A DNA stretch of 64,000 bases from an uncultured Planctomycetota bacterium (lineage in GTDB: Bacteria > Planctomycetota > Planctomycetia > Isosphaerales > Isosphaeraceae): positions 128,001 through 192,000 of the forward strand of contig CAWJTV010000031.1 in the NCBI GenBank assembly GCA_963845755.1. Reading direction: 5' to 3'. Below the pieces are notes generated by a model. It did no database searches. It had not been told where the DNA came from and saw only the letters and a list, made by a program, of their open reading frames with translations. Made by a program: the position numbers and the translations under genes. Shown in pieces: positions 1 to 11,761 of the stretch (positions are counted from its first letter, which is position 1; every line of letters begins with the position of its first letter).

Positions 1-69
1 TAATCCTCGATGAACTGGCCCCCGTGGGAAATCCCTGGCCTCGAACTTGTCGAGTACATCGGAGGTGGT

Positions 70-1485
70 ATGAGAAACCGCACCGTGCAAATGAGGGCGC
101 AGGGCGTCAGTTGGACTCGACGCGTCGTGATCACCGCCTTGATGGTCTCGGTTTTTGTGGCGATTCCGGCCGTCGGGGACGAGGCGAAACGGCCGAACAT
201 CGTCTTCATCCTGGCGGATGACCTGGGCTACGGCGACCTCGGCTGCTACGGCCAGACGCGGATCAAGACGCCGAACATCGATCGCCTCGCGTCCGAGGGG
301 ATCCGATTCACCCAGTGCTACGCCGGCAGCACCGTCTGTGCACCGTCGCGGTGCAGTCTCATGACGGGTTACCACTCCGGCCACTCGCGTGTTCGGGGCA
401 ATGCCCTGGTGCCCTTGCGGCCCGAAGACGTCACGGTGGCCGAGGTCCTCAAGCGGGCCGGCTACGCCACCGGGATGGTCGGCAAGTGGGGCCTGGGCGA
501 GCCCGGCACAACGGGCCTCCCGAATCGTCAGGGGTTCGACGAGTGGTTCGGCTACCTGAACCAGGGACATGCCCACAACTACTACCCCGAGTATCTCTGG
601 AAGAACGAGCAGCGCTACATCCTGGAAGGCAACGTGGCGCAGGGCAACGTGGCCACCAGTGCGGTTCAGTATTCTCCCGACGTCGTCCTCCGCGAGGCCC
701 TCGATTTCCTCGATCGGCACAAGGCCGAGCCCTTCTGTCTTTTCCTCACGTCCACCCTGCCGCATGCCAATAACGAGCGCGGACGCGCCGAGGGAAACGG
801 GATGGAGATCCCCAGTGATGCCCCCTATTCCGCCGAATCGTGGCCCCAGGTCGAGAAGAACCACGCCGCGATGATCACGCGTCTCGACGGCGACGTCGGC
901 CGAGTCCTCCGGCGCCTCAAAGACCTCGGACTCGAGCACGATACGATCGTCTTCTTCTCCAGCGACAACGGCCCGCACAAGGAAGGGGGCGCCGACCCGG
1001 CGTTCTTCCGCAGTTCGGGGCCGCTCCGCGGCTACAAGCGGGCGCTCTACGAAGGCGGCATTCGGGTGCCGATGATCGTCCGTTGGCCGGGCAAGGTCGA
1101 GCCCAGGACGGTGAGCACCGCGGTCTGGGCTTTCTGGGACGTCCTGCCGACCTTCTCCGACCTCGCCGGTGCGCCGATCCCCGCCGGGATCGATGGCATC
1201 TCCCAGGTTCCTGCCATTACAGGACAGCGAAAGCAGAAACCCCACGAATTCCTCTACTGGGAGTTCCACGAAGGTGGGTTCAAGCAAGCGGTCCGGACCG
1301 TCGACTGGAAAGCGGTCCGGCTCGGGCCCGGCAAACCTCTGGAGCTCTACAACCTCCAGAAGGACATTGGCGAGAAACACAACGTGGCCAAAGATCAGCC
1401 CGAGGTTGTCGAACGGATCGAGGCGTATCTCCAGTCGTCTCGAACCGATTCACCCGACTTTCCGATCCGAACGGCAAAACCATGA
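70..1485 (+). CDS. Arylsulfatase (formylglycine-dependent), secreted
   Basis: RPNIVFILADDLG, CAPSRCSLMTG (CxPxR), GKWGLG, SDNG and LYEGGIRVP motifs; signal-like N-terminus; GGAGGT RBS before ATG at 70. Confidence 0.93.
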   Translation: MRNRTVQMRAQGVSWTRRVVITALMVSVFVAIPAVGDEAKRPNIVFILADDLGYGDLGCYGQTRIKTPNIDRLASEGIRFTQCYAGSTVCAPSRCSLMTGYHSGHSRVRGNALVPLRPEDVTVAEVLKRAGYATGMVGKWGLGEPGTTGLPNRQGFDEWFGYLNQGHAHNYYPEYLWKNEQRYILEGNVAQGNVATSAVQYSPDVVLREALDFLDRHKAEPFCLFLTSTLPHANNERGRAEGNGMEIPSDAPYSAESWPQVEKNHAAMITRLDGDVGRVLRRLKDLGLEHDTIVFFSSDNGPHKEGGADPAFFRSSGPLRGYKRALYEGGIRVPMIVRWPGKVEPRTVSTAVWAFWDVLPTFSDLAGAPIPAGIDGISQVPAITGQRKQKPHEFLYWEFHEGGFKQAVRTVDWKAVRLGPGKPLELYNLQKDIGEKHNVAKDQPEVVERIEAYLQSSRTDSPDFPIRTAKP

Positions 1486-1493
1486 GGCCTGGG

Positions 1494-3248
1494 TCAGAAC
1501 TCCATCCTCTGGAACGCCTTGATGCCAATCCGGAGCGGCAGGAACGTCCCGACGGCGCCGATTGCGAGACTCGCCAGAATTGCCACGATCAGCCAGAACC
1601 GGAAGCCGAGGTGCGAGAGGGCCAGCCGGGTTGAGTCCGGATGCTCCTGGCCCAGGAAGTAGAGGTGGCAGGGAACCGCCAGAGCCGTCACGATCGCGAA
1701 GATGAAGACCAGGCTGACGAGGAGGTTGAGCGTGCCACCGAACCCGACGGCGATCTTCGACGGATCGCTCTCGCGGAGGTTCGGGAGCCGGGCGCCCAGG
1801 CCGACACTGATCCCCGAGAGCCCCGTGCAAAGCACCGCCACCATCGCGATGTGCAATGCGATGATTATCGGGCTCATCCCTAGCATCAGGTCGCTCAGGA
1901 AGACGAGGATTTCCGTCGGTAACAGGGAGATCCCTGCCGAAAAGGCGAACTTGCCCCAGAGGATCTCGTCACGGCTCACGGGGAACAACCCGAGGACCCA
2001 GAAGTTGCGTCCCTCCAGCGAGAGCAGGGGGAAGATGAACCGGCTGGTGAACGTCGAGAGGATCAGCGCCGTCACGGAGAGGTTGAGGAAGCTCACCAGG
2101 TTTCGCCAGGACGGAGACTGTACGGCATATCCCAGACGCGGGATGTTGAGGAAGTAGAAAGCGAGGAGACCGAAGAAGATGAGGAACTGGGACCACTGCG
2201 CCGGATCGCGGCGGAAAGTCCGCAAGTCCTTGAGAATGAGCAGGCGGACCGGTCGCGGCAGCACGAAAAAGAGGCGGTGAAAGACCGTGTCGAACACATA
2301 AAGGCCGACCCGTCGGCGGGTGGTCCGTCCCCCTTGAACTCGGCTGTAGCCCCGGAAATAGAGGTCCCGCGCCACGGCCGCAGCGGCCAGGTAGCAGAGG
2401 CCGCCGTGCGCGGAGAGGACCATCAAGTAATAGCCGGCGCGCGCCCAGTCGTCCTGGGCCGACGCCAGCAACCCCGCCGACATCCACCGGCTGGGCCATA
2501 GGGGGCTCTGGCAGAACGCCAGGCGGTCCTGCACACTACTCAGCCAATCGCTAGACATCGCCTCGCCTGGCGCCCTCCACAGGCTGAGGACCAGGGCACA
2601 CATCAGCCCCAAAGTCGCGAGCACCGAGAGCGTCAGGACCAGCTTCTGCTGCCTCGGGAACACGTTGGCGACGGTGATCGCCGCGATGGCACCGAGACTG
2701 CCGGCGATCAGCACGAACGAGATCAGATACGTCAGGAACATCCCGTAGAAGGCCAGGGGCGCCCTGACCGTCAAGCCGTAGGCAACCATCAGCGGGCTGC
2801 CCAGCAGGAAGAAGCCCCAGCTCGAAAGCCCCACGGCCTCGCCGAACTTATAAGCGAAGATCCGGTCCGTCGTCGCCGGTGTGGTGAGCAAGAATGCGCC
2901 CTCGCGCGAGTGGAAGAGCGCCGTGTAGAGGATGATCCCGGTCGAGAAGAAGAGCATCACGAGAATCGACAGGAAGAACATGCTGAAGAGGTACTCGAAG
3001 ATCCCGTGGAACAACGGGTCGTTGGTCCCCATGAACTCGAAGCCGCCGAGGAACAACCCGAAGAGGCCGACCCAGAAGATCAGGCTGCATGTCAGGATCA
3101 TCGAAAGTCGGAGCCGGGAGCCGGAGAGCAGCGTGCGGACCGTGTTCCGGGTCAGGCACCATCGGAGTCGTCGCAGCGCCCGCGCCGTCTGATCGGGCGG
3201 CATCGGAGGGAGGGGCACAGGCGACATCTCGGGGATGGCAAGGCTCAT
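1494..3248 (-). CDS. Putative ABC-2 type exporter permease
   Basis: 584 aa polytopic membrane protein, 4-bp overlap with the ABC ATPase gene; KDLRTFRRD and SLEGRNFW motifs. Confidence 0.8.
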   Translation of the reverse strand: MSLAIPEMSPVPLPPMPPDQTARALRRLRWCLTRNTVRTLLSGSRLRLSMILTCSLIFWVGLFGLFLGGFEFMGTNDPLFHGIFEYLFSMFFLSILVMLFFSTGIILYTALFHSREGAFLLTTPATTDRIFAYKFGEAVGLSSWGFFLLGSPLMVAYGLTVRAPLAFYGMFLTYLISFVLIAGSLGAIAAITVANVFPRQQKLVLTLSVLATLGLMCALVLSLWRAPGEAMSSDWLSSVQDRLAFCQSPLWPSRWMSAGLLASAQDDWARAGYYLMVLSAHGGLCYLAAAAVARDLYFRGYSRVQGGRTTRRRVGLYVFDTVFHRLFFVLPRPVRLLILKDLRTFRRDPAQWSQFLIFFGLLAFYFLNIPRLGYAVQSPSWRNLVSFLNLSVTALILSTFTSRFIFPLLSLEGRNFWVLGLFPVSRDEILWGKFAFSAGISLLPTEILVFLSDLMLGMSPIIIALHIAMVAVLCTGLSGISVGLGARLPNLRESDPSKIAVGFGGTLNLLVSLVFIFAIVTALAVPCHLYFLGQEHPDSTRLALSHLGFRFWLIVAILASLAIGAVGTFLPLRIGIKAFQRMEF

Positions 3249-4036
3249 GGATTGGATCCGGCTGGCTGAGATTGGGATTCCGTCTGGGAACGGGGTGTTG
3301 CCTGAAGATCGGAAGCCGGCCGTCCATCTCCTGTTAACTTCAGGAAAAGTTCCTCGAGCGGCCCGTGATGCTGCACCTGGCGGCGAAGCTGCTCCAGCGT
3401 GCCGAGGGCCAGCATCTTCCCGTGGTCGACGATCCCGATCCGGTCGGCCAGCTCCTCGGCGATCGCCAGGAGGTGCGTCGACATCAGCACGGCGCAGCCG
3501 GAACGGGCCTGGGCCACGAACAGGTCCTTGACGATCCGGGCACTGCGCGGATCCAGTCCCACCAGGGGCTCATCGACCACCAGGACCCTGGGATCGTGCA
3601 CCAGCGCCGAGGCGAAGACGACCCGCTGCTTCATCCCCTGAGAGTAGTTCTCGCACAGTTCGTCGATGTAATCGCTCATCTCGAACGTGTCGATCAGCTC
3701 GAGGATCCTTCGGGCCGCGTGATCACGCTCCAGGCCGTACATCTCCACGACAAACCTGAGGAACTCGCGGCCCGTCAACTTGTCGTAGAGGTAGGGCTGA
3801 TCGGGGACATATCCCAGGAGCTGGCGTGCCTGCGGGCTCGATGCCTCGAAGCCGCTGACCCGCACCGTCCCAGCGTTCGGGGCGAGCAGCCCGCAGATCA
3901 TCTTGATTGTGGTGGTCTTCCCGGCACCGTTTGGCCCGAGGAATGCAAACAGCTCGCCGGGCCGGACTTCGAGGTCGAGACCGTCCACCGCACAACGGGC
4001 GCCGAACCGCTTCGTGACTCCGCGCACCTCGATCAT
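3245..4036 (-). CDS. ABC transporter ATP-binding protein
   Basis: Walker A GPNGAGKTT, signature YSQGMKQ, Walker B VLVVDEP, H-loop STH; start MIEVRG at 4036 overlaps the upstream stop (ATGA). Confidence 0.93.
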   Translation of the reverse strand: MIEVRGVTKRFGARCAVDGLDLEVRPGELFAFLGPNGAGKTTTIKMICGLLAPNAGTVRVSGFEASSPQARQLLGYVPDQPYLYDKLTGREFLRFVVEMYGLERDHAARRILELIDTFEMSDYIDELCENYSQGMKQRVVFASALVHDPRVLVVDEPLVGLDPRSARIVKDLFVAQARSGCAVLMSTHLLAIAEELADRIGIVDHGKMLALGTLEQLRRQVQHHGPLEELFLKLTGDGRPASDLQATPRSQTESQSQPAGSNP

Positions 4037-4926
4037 GACGACGGTCCTCTCGACGGCAAGGAGACAGATGGCGCAGGCGCGGGCGTCGCGACGGGTGCCC
4101 GGACGTCGGCCGGCCGACGCTCCAGCATCAGACGAACGAACGGGAACGGCACCTCCTGCCGCAAGATCACGCCGTCGGTTCGGACCCAGGTCTTCATCGT
4201 CAGGGGGGACATCTTCTGCTCGACCTCGAATGTCAACACGGGATTCCCGTCCCAATCGATCATCGTCCGGCGCACGACCTGGGCCCGGACCGAGTCGACC
4301 TTGCCGTTGAACGGGTTGATCATCCGCGCCTCCCAGCGCTGGCCGACCTGCAGGCCGGGAAGCCGGTCGAGCGGGCCCAGGACATCCTGCACCACGCTCC
4401 GGGGCTCGTAGGGGAAGTCGACTTTCTTGTTCAGGATCTCGATGGGTCCCCGCGTGACAATTTCCATGGTCTTTCCCTTGAGCTGCCCTTTCACATTGAT
4501 CAGAGCGTCGCCGAACTCGCCCGACTTCACGTGGAGGTCGAAGTCATGGAGGTTCCCCGAAGAATCCACATGATACCGGCTGTCGATCTCGAGTCGCATC
4601 CTACCCCGAGTCGCGAACGGTGTGCCGCGCAGCAGGTCGGCCGCGTCGAAGGTCACGCGGCTGGTCATTTCATACCAGCCGTCGGCTCGTCGCGACGATC
4701 CCGTGATCGCCTCACCCACCGCACGCCGCGCCTCCGGCGAATGGGGATCGTCCACGACCTGGATACTCCACCGTACCGGCACTCGCGAATCGCTGGCGAA
4801 GGTGATTGCCCGTAAGTCGGGCGGATAACCCATGCTCAGCTCGGGAAGGACATCCCAGGTGAGGAGACAGAATGCCGCGATCGACCAGTAGACCAGGATC
4901 GCCAACGAGATCACACGTGAGGGCAT
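4033..4926 (-). CDS. Hypothetical membrane-anchored protein, first gene of the ABC operon
   Basis: N-terminal hydrophobic segment; translationally coupled to the ATPase. Confidence 0.75.
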   Translation of the reverse strand: MPSRVISLAILVYWSIAAFCLLTWDVLPELSMGYPPDLRAITFASDSRVPVRWSIQVVDDPHSPEARRAVGEAITGSSRRADGWYEMTSRVTFDAADLLRGTPFATRGRMRLEIDSRYHVDSSGNLHDFDLHVKSGEFGDALINVKGQLKGKTMEIVTRGPIEILNKKVDFPYEPRSVVQDVLGPLDRLPGLQVGQRWEARMINPFNGKVDSVRAQVVRRTMIDWDGNPVLTFEVEQKMSPLTMKTWVRTDGVILRQEVPFPFVRLMLERRPADVRAPVATPAPAPSVSLPSRGPSS

Positions 4927-5295
4927 GGACCGTTACCTCCCGTCAGTAGAGTCGTTGATTCTCTTTATGCTAAAGAACTCGTCGAGCGAACGAAAGCCTG
5001 TGCGCCAAGGATCTCCGTAAGTGGAATTCCGCGCCGCGCTGTTCCACCCGACGCAGTCGACCCGACGCCCGTGGATGGGATCCGCACTCCGCCGACCGAT
5101 GCCATGCGTCCAAGCATACAAAACGATCTCTGGACCTTCGGTCCGGGTTGACCGATTCCCGCTTCCGTCGTATGGTTGAATGTGGTTCGACCACGTCTCC
5201 GTCTCGGGCACACCCAAGGAACCTTCCTCCTCTCGACCAAGAGCGATGGTCGTTTCTAGCCACCCGTCCCCGTCCTCAGAAGATTGGGATGTCTC

Positions 5296-6090
5296 ATGCG
5301 CAAGACGAGCCGGCGGTTCCTCTGGTCCGGGATCATCCTGGGGACCCTGACGGCCCTGCCCGCAGGGGTGTGGCTCTGCTTGACCTATCAGCCGTCGTAT
5401 TATCGCGACATCGTCCTCCAGACTCGCAAACAACGAGAGGGCAAGGCCCGAAAATTCGTCGCGCAGAGTCTCCAGCTCCGCAACGATATCTGCAATGAGC
5501 CGACCTGGGAGGCGGTGTTCACCGATCAGGAGGTGAACGCCTGGCTGGCGGAGGATCTGGTTACGCATTTCGCCGACCAACTCCCGCCCGAAGTCAACGA
5601 ACCGCGCGTGATTTTCGAGTTGGACCACGTCATCCTCGCCTTCCGGTTGCGCCAGCGGGGTGTGCAGTCGGTGATTACGGTCGTCGCGCGGACGCGCGTC
5701 CCCGAAGGAAACACGGTCGAGCTGACGCTGGAGAAGATTCGAGCCGGCATCCTGCCCGTTCCTGCCGACAATGTCCTCGATCGCATTATCGAATATGCAC
5801 GCGCCCGGGGGATTGACGTCGAATGGACGCGTCGTGAGGGCTATCCCGTTGTCCTGATCCGCTATACGCCGAACCTGACTCGGGACGATGTTCAGCTCGA
5901 AGAGCTCCAGATCCGTGCTGGCCAGATGCGGCTGGCGGGCCGTTCGGATCGAACTCGCGGAGCCTTCTTCAGGCCGACACTTCCCTCCCGAAAGGTGCTT
6001 CAATCCAAGTTCCCGAGACGAAAAATCCATGAAGGCGCCCCGTCGGATGCTCTCCCGACCTGGCGCAGCTCCACCTCGCCAACCAGTTGA
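5296..6090 (+). CDS. Hypothetical protein with N-terminal TM anchor
   Basis: Basic-hydrophobic N-terminus MRKTSRRFLWSGIILG; natural-looking composition. Confidence 0.7.
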   Translation: MRKTSRRFLWSGIILGTLTALPAGVWLCLTYQPSYYRDIVLQTRKQREGKARKFVAQSLQLRNDICNEPTWEAVFTDQEVNAWLAEDLVTHFADQLPPEVNEPRVIFELDHVILAFRLRQRGVQSVITVVARTRVPEGNTVELTLEKIRAGILPVPADNVLDRIIEYARARGIDVEWTRREGYPVVLIRYTPNLTRDDVQLEELQIRAGQMRLAGRSDRTRGAFFRPTLPSRKVLQSKFPRRKIHEGAPSDALPTWRSSTSPTS

Positions 6091-6365
6091 ATGCCCTCCA
6101 TGCGAACGCGCACCAGGCTGTCCGACCAGACCAGGGGTTCGTAGCTCCCCGCGTCGATCTTCCGGACCGTCCCCCGGTTGCCGGAGATCTCGCCTTCGTA
6201 ATCGAGATAGATCGATCGATGGTCCGGCAATTCACGAGCGGCCAGATCCTGGCCGGCCGTTACAGATGCGTCGATCGCCCAGGTTCGCAGGGTACCGCCG
6301 TACTCCAGCATGAAGTCCCAATGGAGCCCGTTCCATTGATGTTCTAGCAGCACGAAACGCGGCAT
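6000..6365 (-). CDS. Stand-alone LigD 3'-phosphoesterase (DNA ligase D N-terminal) domain protein
   Basis: RFVLLEH...LHWDFMLE..GTLRTWA, DHRSIYLDYEGEISGNRGTV motifs. Confidence 0.8.
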   Translation of the reverse strand: MPRFVLLEHQWNGLHWDFMLEYGGTLRTWAIDASVTAGQDLAARELPDHRSIYLDYEGEISGNRGTVRKIDAGSYEPLVWSDSLVRVRMEGIQLVGEVELRQVGRASDGAPSWIFRLGNLD

Positions 6366-6576
6366 AACTCGCCGACCTCCGCGGAACGACCAGCGCCCGA
6401 TCGTGTTCGAGATGAGGATGGGCGAATTCGCTCACGAAGTCCCAGAGCACGGGGAAAGGCTCCGACTCTTCCAGATGCCTGTCCTCCTGTTCCGAGGGCT
6501 TTCGTTCAAGCGTACGATCATCGCCCCGCCGGTCAAGGGCCAGTATCTGGTGCGATCGCGTTGCTTCGGTGCGGCG

Positions 6577-7897
6577 TTACTTGACAGCGGGAGTGGAGGG
6601 CTCGCGGCGGCTCGGTCCGTCGTGCGGCTTGACGCCCACCAGCGGCTCCTTGAGTGGCTCGGTGATCAGCCGCGCACCACGGTCGAAGGTGATGTATGAC
6701 CAGGCCCACTGCACCATCACGATCAGCCGGTTTCGAAAGCCAATCAGGAACATGATATGCACGAATAGCCAGAGCAGCCAGGCGAAGAATCCCGACGTCT
6801 TGAACCGCCCGACATGCGCCACCGCGGCGCCTCGTCCGATGGTGGCGAGCATCCCTTTGTCCACATAATGAAACGGCTGACGGGGCTGGCCGTCGAGAGT
6901 TCGGAGGATATTTCGGGCGGCGTGCCGGCCTTGCTGCATGGCGGCCGGTGCGACGCCTGGTACGAGCGCCTCCGTTCTCCTGGATATGAGCCAGGTCGCC
7001 GATGATGTAGATGTCGTCATGGCCGGGTATCGTGAGGTCTGGCTCGACCAGCACCCGCCCCGCGCGGTCGAGCGGGACGCCAAGTGTCTTCGCCAGCGGC
7101 GAGGCGGCGACACCCGCCGCCCAAATGACGGTGTGAGCATGAACGCGTTCCGACCCGATGGTGACCCCCTGCTCATCGATTCCGGTCACCTGAACCCCTG
7201 TCCAGACGGCGACACCTAGCCGCTCGAGCTGCGTCCGCGCGGCCTGCGATAGATCTTCGGTGTAGGCGCCCAGGACCCGCGGAGCGGCCTCGACCAGGAT
7301 CACGCGGGCCGAGGCCGTGTTGATCCGGCGGAAGTCACGCGCCAGCGTCTGCCGTGACACTTCGGCCAGCGTGCCGGCCAGCTCGACGCCCGTCGGACCG
7401 CCTCCGACAATCACGAAGGTCATCCAGGCACGCCGCAGGGCTTCATCCGTCTCGCGCTCGGCGATCTCGAATGCCATCAAGACCCGCTGACGGATCTTCA
7501 GTGCGTCGCGCAGGCTCTTCAACCCGGTGGAATGCTCGGCCCACTCATCGTGGCCGAAATACGCATGCGTCGCGCCGGTGGCGACAACAAGGATGTCGTA
7601 CTCGACGGATCCATCAGTCAGGATCACGCGCTTCGTGGAAACATCGACGCCCGTCGCCTCGGCCAGCATCACGGATACGTTCGCTTGACCCCGGAATATC
7701 CGGCGGATTGGCGCGGCGATGTCGGCCGGGCTCAGAGCGGCGGTCGCCACCTGGTAGAGTAGGGGCTGGAACAGGTGATGGTTCGACCGGTCGACGATCG
7801 TGATCCGCACCGAGGCACGCCGGAGCTCGCGGGCGGCTGTAAGTCCGCCGAAACCCGCGCCGACGATGACAACATGGGGGCCTTGCGAGGCTGGCAT
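6577..7897 (-). CDS. ndh: Type II NADH dehydrogenase (one frameshift near 6970)
   Basis: VVIVGAGFGG, HLFQPLLYQVAT, IVGGGPTGVELAG; C-terminus PGVAPAAMQQG...YVDKGMLATIGR continues in ORF 6577..7176. Confidence 0.9.
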
Positions 7898-8105
7898 CCG
7901 TTTTCTCCAGAATCTCCACGCGACACAACCGGCAAACCATATTACACGGACAATTCCGATCCGCGTGCAGCTCCGGTCTTCAAAGCCTGACGATGTTCTC
8001 GGAAAAAACATAGACTCGAGGGAATGCTCGAGGCCCGGCCGGGCACTACGGGAGAACTCCGTCGTGCGGCGTGGCATCGGAAATCGTCTCGGACTTGATC
8101 CAACC

Positions 8106-11100
8106 ATGCGACTTTACCGCCACATCGAGACACTGTTCCGGACGGGTACGGCCAGCGGTTTGTCCGACGGCCAGTTACTTGAGCGATTCGCCCAGCAGCG
8201 GGACGAGGCGGCTGAGGCAGCCTTCACGGCGCTGGTGGATCGCCACGGAGCGATGGTCCTGCGCGTCTGCCGGCAGGTACTCGACGACGAGCACGACGCC
8301 CAGGATGCATCGCAGGCGACGTTCCTGGTCCTGGCCCGTAAGGCTCGTTCGATCAGCCGCCGCGAGTCGGTCGGGTGCTGGCTGCACGGCGTCGCGCTGC
8401 GGGTCGCGGCCAAGGCGCGGGTCGCGGCCGCCCGACGCCGGACACACGAGCGTCGAGGAGCAACCATGGCGAGCGGACGGCGGGTCGAAGAGCCTTCGAC
8501 CACACACGAAGACCGAGAGCACTGGTCCGTCCTCCACGAGGAGCTCGGCCGGCTACCCGAGACCTTCCGCGCCGATGGTCCTGTGTTACCTGGAGGGCCT
8601 GACACAGGAACAGGCTGCCGCCCAGCTTTGCACGCCGCTGGGGACGATCCAGAGCCGGCTGGCGCGCGGCCGGGCCAAATTGAAGGCGCGGCTGGAACAA
8701 CGGGGGATGGAGCCTTCGGCCACGATCGCCGGAGCGTCCTTCGCCGTCCGCGCCACCGGCGCCCGCCCCGACAGCCTGGGCCGAGGCAACCGTCCGCCTG
8801 TCCATGCGATTCACTCACGGCAGCGCGGCAAAGTGTGCTGCTGATTCCGTGTCGGCCGTCCTGGCCGAGGAGGTATTGAGAGCCATGCTGATCGGCAAGC
8901 TCAAGGTCCTATTCGGGATGTTCCTGTTCGCCACGTTCCTGGCCGCGGGGGCGATGACATGGGCCAGGCCGGACGGGAAAAACACATCGCCCACACCGAC
9001 GGTTAGCGTTGCACCCCAGATCGCGAGACCACGAGAAGCTCCTCCACAGTCGCCCGATTCGGAGCGAACTGTCACGCGCAGCCGTGCCGCGGAATCGTCC
9101 GCGATGAGCAAGGCCGCCCGGTGGCCAAGGCGTGGATCGGTCGTGGAATCGACCCCATGCCCGACGTTTGGAAGCGCGTCGCCCTCGATGAGAGCCTCCG
9201 CGAAGCGACGGAACCCAATCGGGATTCGAGAGGCCAGGTGATCCCTCCAGGACCACTGGGCAAGTATTACGAATATCGCGACGACTCGTTGAAATGGCAG
9301 CCGGTTCATCCCGATGATATCCGGCCCCTCGATCCCGTCGATAAGCCTGGTGCCTTCACAGTCCGGGTGGCGAAGGGGCGACAGAAGATGTGGACACTGA
9401 GCTTCGGGTCGGGACCGGCCGCTCGGACGGATTCGCAGGGTCGGTTCACGGTCGAAGTCCATTTCGTCCTTTCATCCTCTCTTTCATTTAGGCGAAAAGC
9501 AGATTCATTTCGCCTCGCCGGATCTCTCACGAGCAGGCCCTGCGGGTCGTCCATGCGGATAGGGCGGATCGAACCACTCGATGATCACCTTGCTGCCAAC
9601 AAGGCTGATCCGCGCCGGCGTGATCGAGACCCCCGAAGGATCACCCCGATGTACCTCTGTAATGGCGAGGTCTTCTCGGTTGATTCCCATGATGGAAATG
9701 CCTATTACATCCCTGCGATAGGCGAGGTGGGAACCTGGTGGGCGAGCGGTCATTTCGATCCTTCTGAAGACCCCGCTCCGACGGTCCACCCACGCCGACT
9801 CGAGGTCCGGCTACCGGCGGGCCGTTACAAGGTCGATTTCAATGCACCCACGACCGACCGGCTGATGGATCTGATAGTGCCTGCGGGCGAGGGCGCGATC
9901 GACTTGCCGGATATTCACCTGGAGAGCCTTGCCTGGGTGAAGATGCTTGGCAAGCCGGCCGCCGAGATCGAGGCGACAGATCTCGAGGGTAAGCCGGTCA
10001 AGTTGGCCGATTATCGCGACAAAGTTGTCTTCCTCATCTTCTGAGCACCATAGGCGAAACGCACGTGGGAAGTGACCAGAACCTTGGAGCCATTGGTCCA
10101 GTTCCACAAGCGATTCCGGGATCAGCCACTGACGATCCTGCTCCTCCACGATGCCTCGACACCCTCGATCAACGCCTGGCAACAGTCTGAGAAGCCGATC
10201 TTCGACTGGCATCACAAGAAGCCCGATGCCCCCGTCCGGCTGCTGCTCGACCGACCACCGATCGGCATCAGGACTGGACGATATGGACTGCGAGCCGGTG
10301 AACCCGGATCCGGGCAGACTGCGGATTGTTATGAGCTCCCCATCCGAACGAGCCTTATCATTGACAAGGAGGGCAACCTGGCCCACGTCCTAGTGCCTCA
10401 AGTGGACTTGGGTCAGATAGCGATCTTCTCGGTCGCCAAGAACGGTGAGCTGGTGCAACAGAATGGGAATGCGGAGATGGATCTGGAGCCCGAGGAATCC
10501 GAATCGGTTGCGAACAAGGCCATGCTGGACGATGCTCCGGACGGTCCTGGAAAAACTGCTCGGCTTGCCACGAACATCTCCACCAGGATCCAAGCGACTA
10601 TCGTCGCCGATCGAGCTGCCCGAGCTCCGGTCGCCTTCGATCAACCCATCACACCGTCCCTCTCTGCCGGTCTGGTCATCAAGGGTCAGGTGGTCGGGCT
10701 CGACGGCAATCCGATAGGCTGGCGCGAGGTGTCGTGGTTCGAGAACCCCGAGAAGTCCGTGAAGACCGACCCAATGGGGGCTTTTTCTTTCACGGTGGAC
10801 GAATGCGCGATACGGTCTTGACCTCAAGGTCGAAGCGCCGGGATCAGCCACACGGTGTTCTCCGTTGGTTTCGTTGAGCCGGGTGAACCGAATCTCGCCG
10901 GAGAATGGCCCATCGAGCCTTCGGGCCGTATCGCCAAACCACTTCTCATGGGCCCGGGAGCGACCGTCACGGGCCGGGTCGTCCGCGACGGAAAGCCCGT
11001 GCCCAGCGTCGCGATGGTAGCAACATGGTTGACGCCCTTCTTCCAGATCGCGAAGTGAAGACCGACGCTCAAGGGCATTTCCGAATCACCCAGGTCGCGG

Positions 11101-11686
11101 TTGGCCCGAACCTCGAAATGCGAAGTTTACGCCAAGTTGGGTAGCCTGGAGAATCATCAGACAGTATTCCCGCGCACATTCAACACCGAACCAACACGCC
11201 GCGATCATTGACCTGGGCGACTTGAGGTACGGCCCGGATGTACGCTGGCCGGTCGCGTGATCGTGTCCGATGGTAAGGCTGCTGCCTCGAGATGCCAAGT
11301 TGCACATCCGGCCGGAGAATATGGGATCGCTGTTGACGAGTTTGACGAAGTCGGCCGGTTCGAAGTGAACGGACTCCCCGAGGGTGTGATCTCCGTATCC
11401 ATGTTCATGACGAACCGAATGGAAAACCCGCTACACGCCCCTCCGGCTACCGATCTCTCGCCCAGGAACCGGTGCCTCAATCCTGCTTTGCCGGGACGAC
11501 TTGAGGGCCAGGCTCAACCGTGACATCAACGGACCTGACAATCCTGCTCGAACCCGGTGTGATGTCCGGACCAATGTCCCGTGCCTGTTCTCCACGCTCG
11601 ACCCGACATCCGTCGCCGATTTCAACGACGCCAAGGCCGGCCCGATAACCGGCGTTCCTCCCGAGGATTTCCCAGGGCGTCGCTAA
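8106..11686 (+). CDS. ECF sigma-70 factor with long C-terminal extension (TM segment, TlpA/redoxin-like and carboxypeptidase-regulatory-like domains); multiply frameshifted, 3' end approximate
   Basis: GLSDGQLLERF, AFTALVDRHGAMVLRVC, DAQDASQATFLVL; region 4 LCYLEGLTQEQAAAQL..PLGTIQSRLARGR; later GKPAAEIEATDLEGKPVKLADYRDKVV and GATVTGRVVRDGKPV. Confidence 0.7.
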
Positions 11687-11761
11687 CCCATTCGCGGACG
11701 CCGAGGCGGCTGGTTTGAGGATATCTCGGATCGAGAGCAACTCGCTCCGAGGAGCCCCTAC

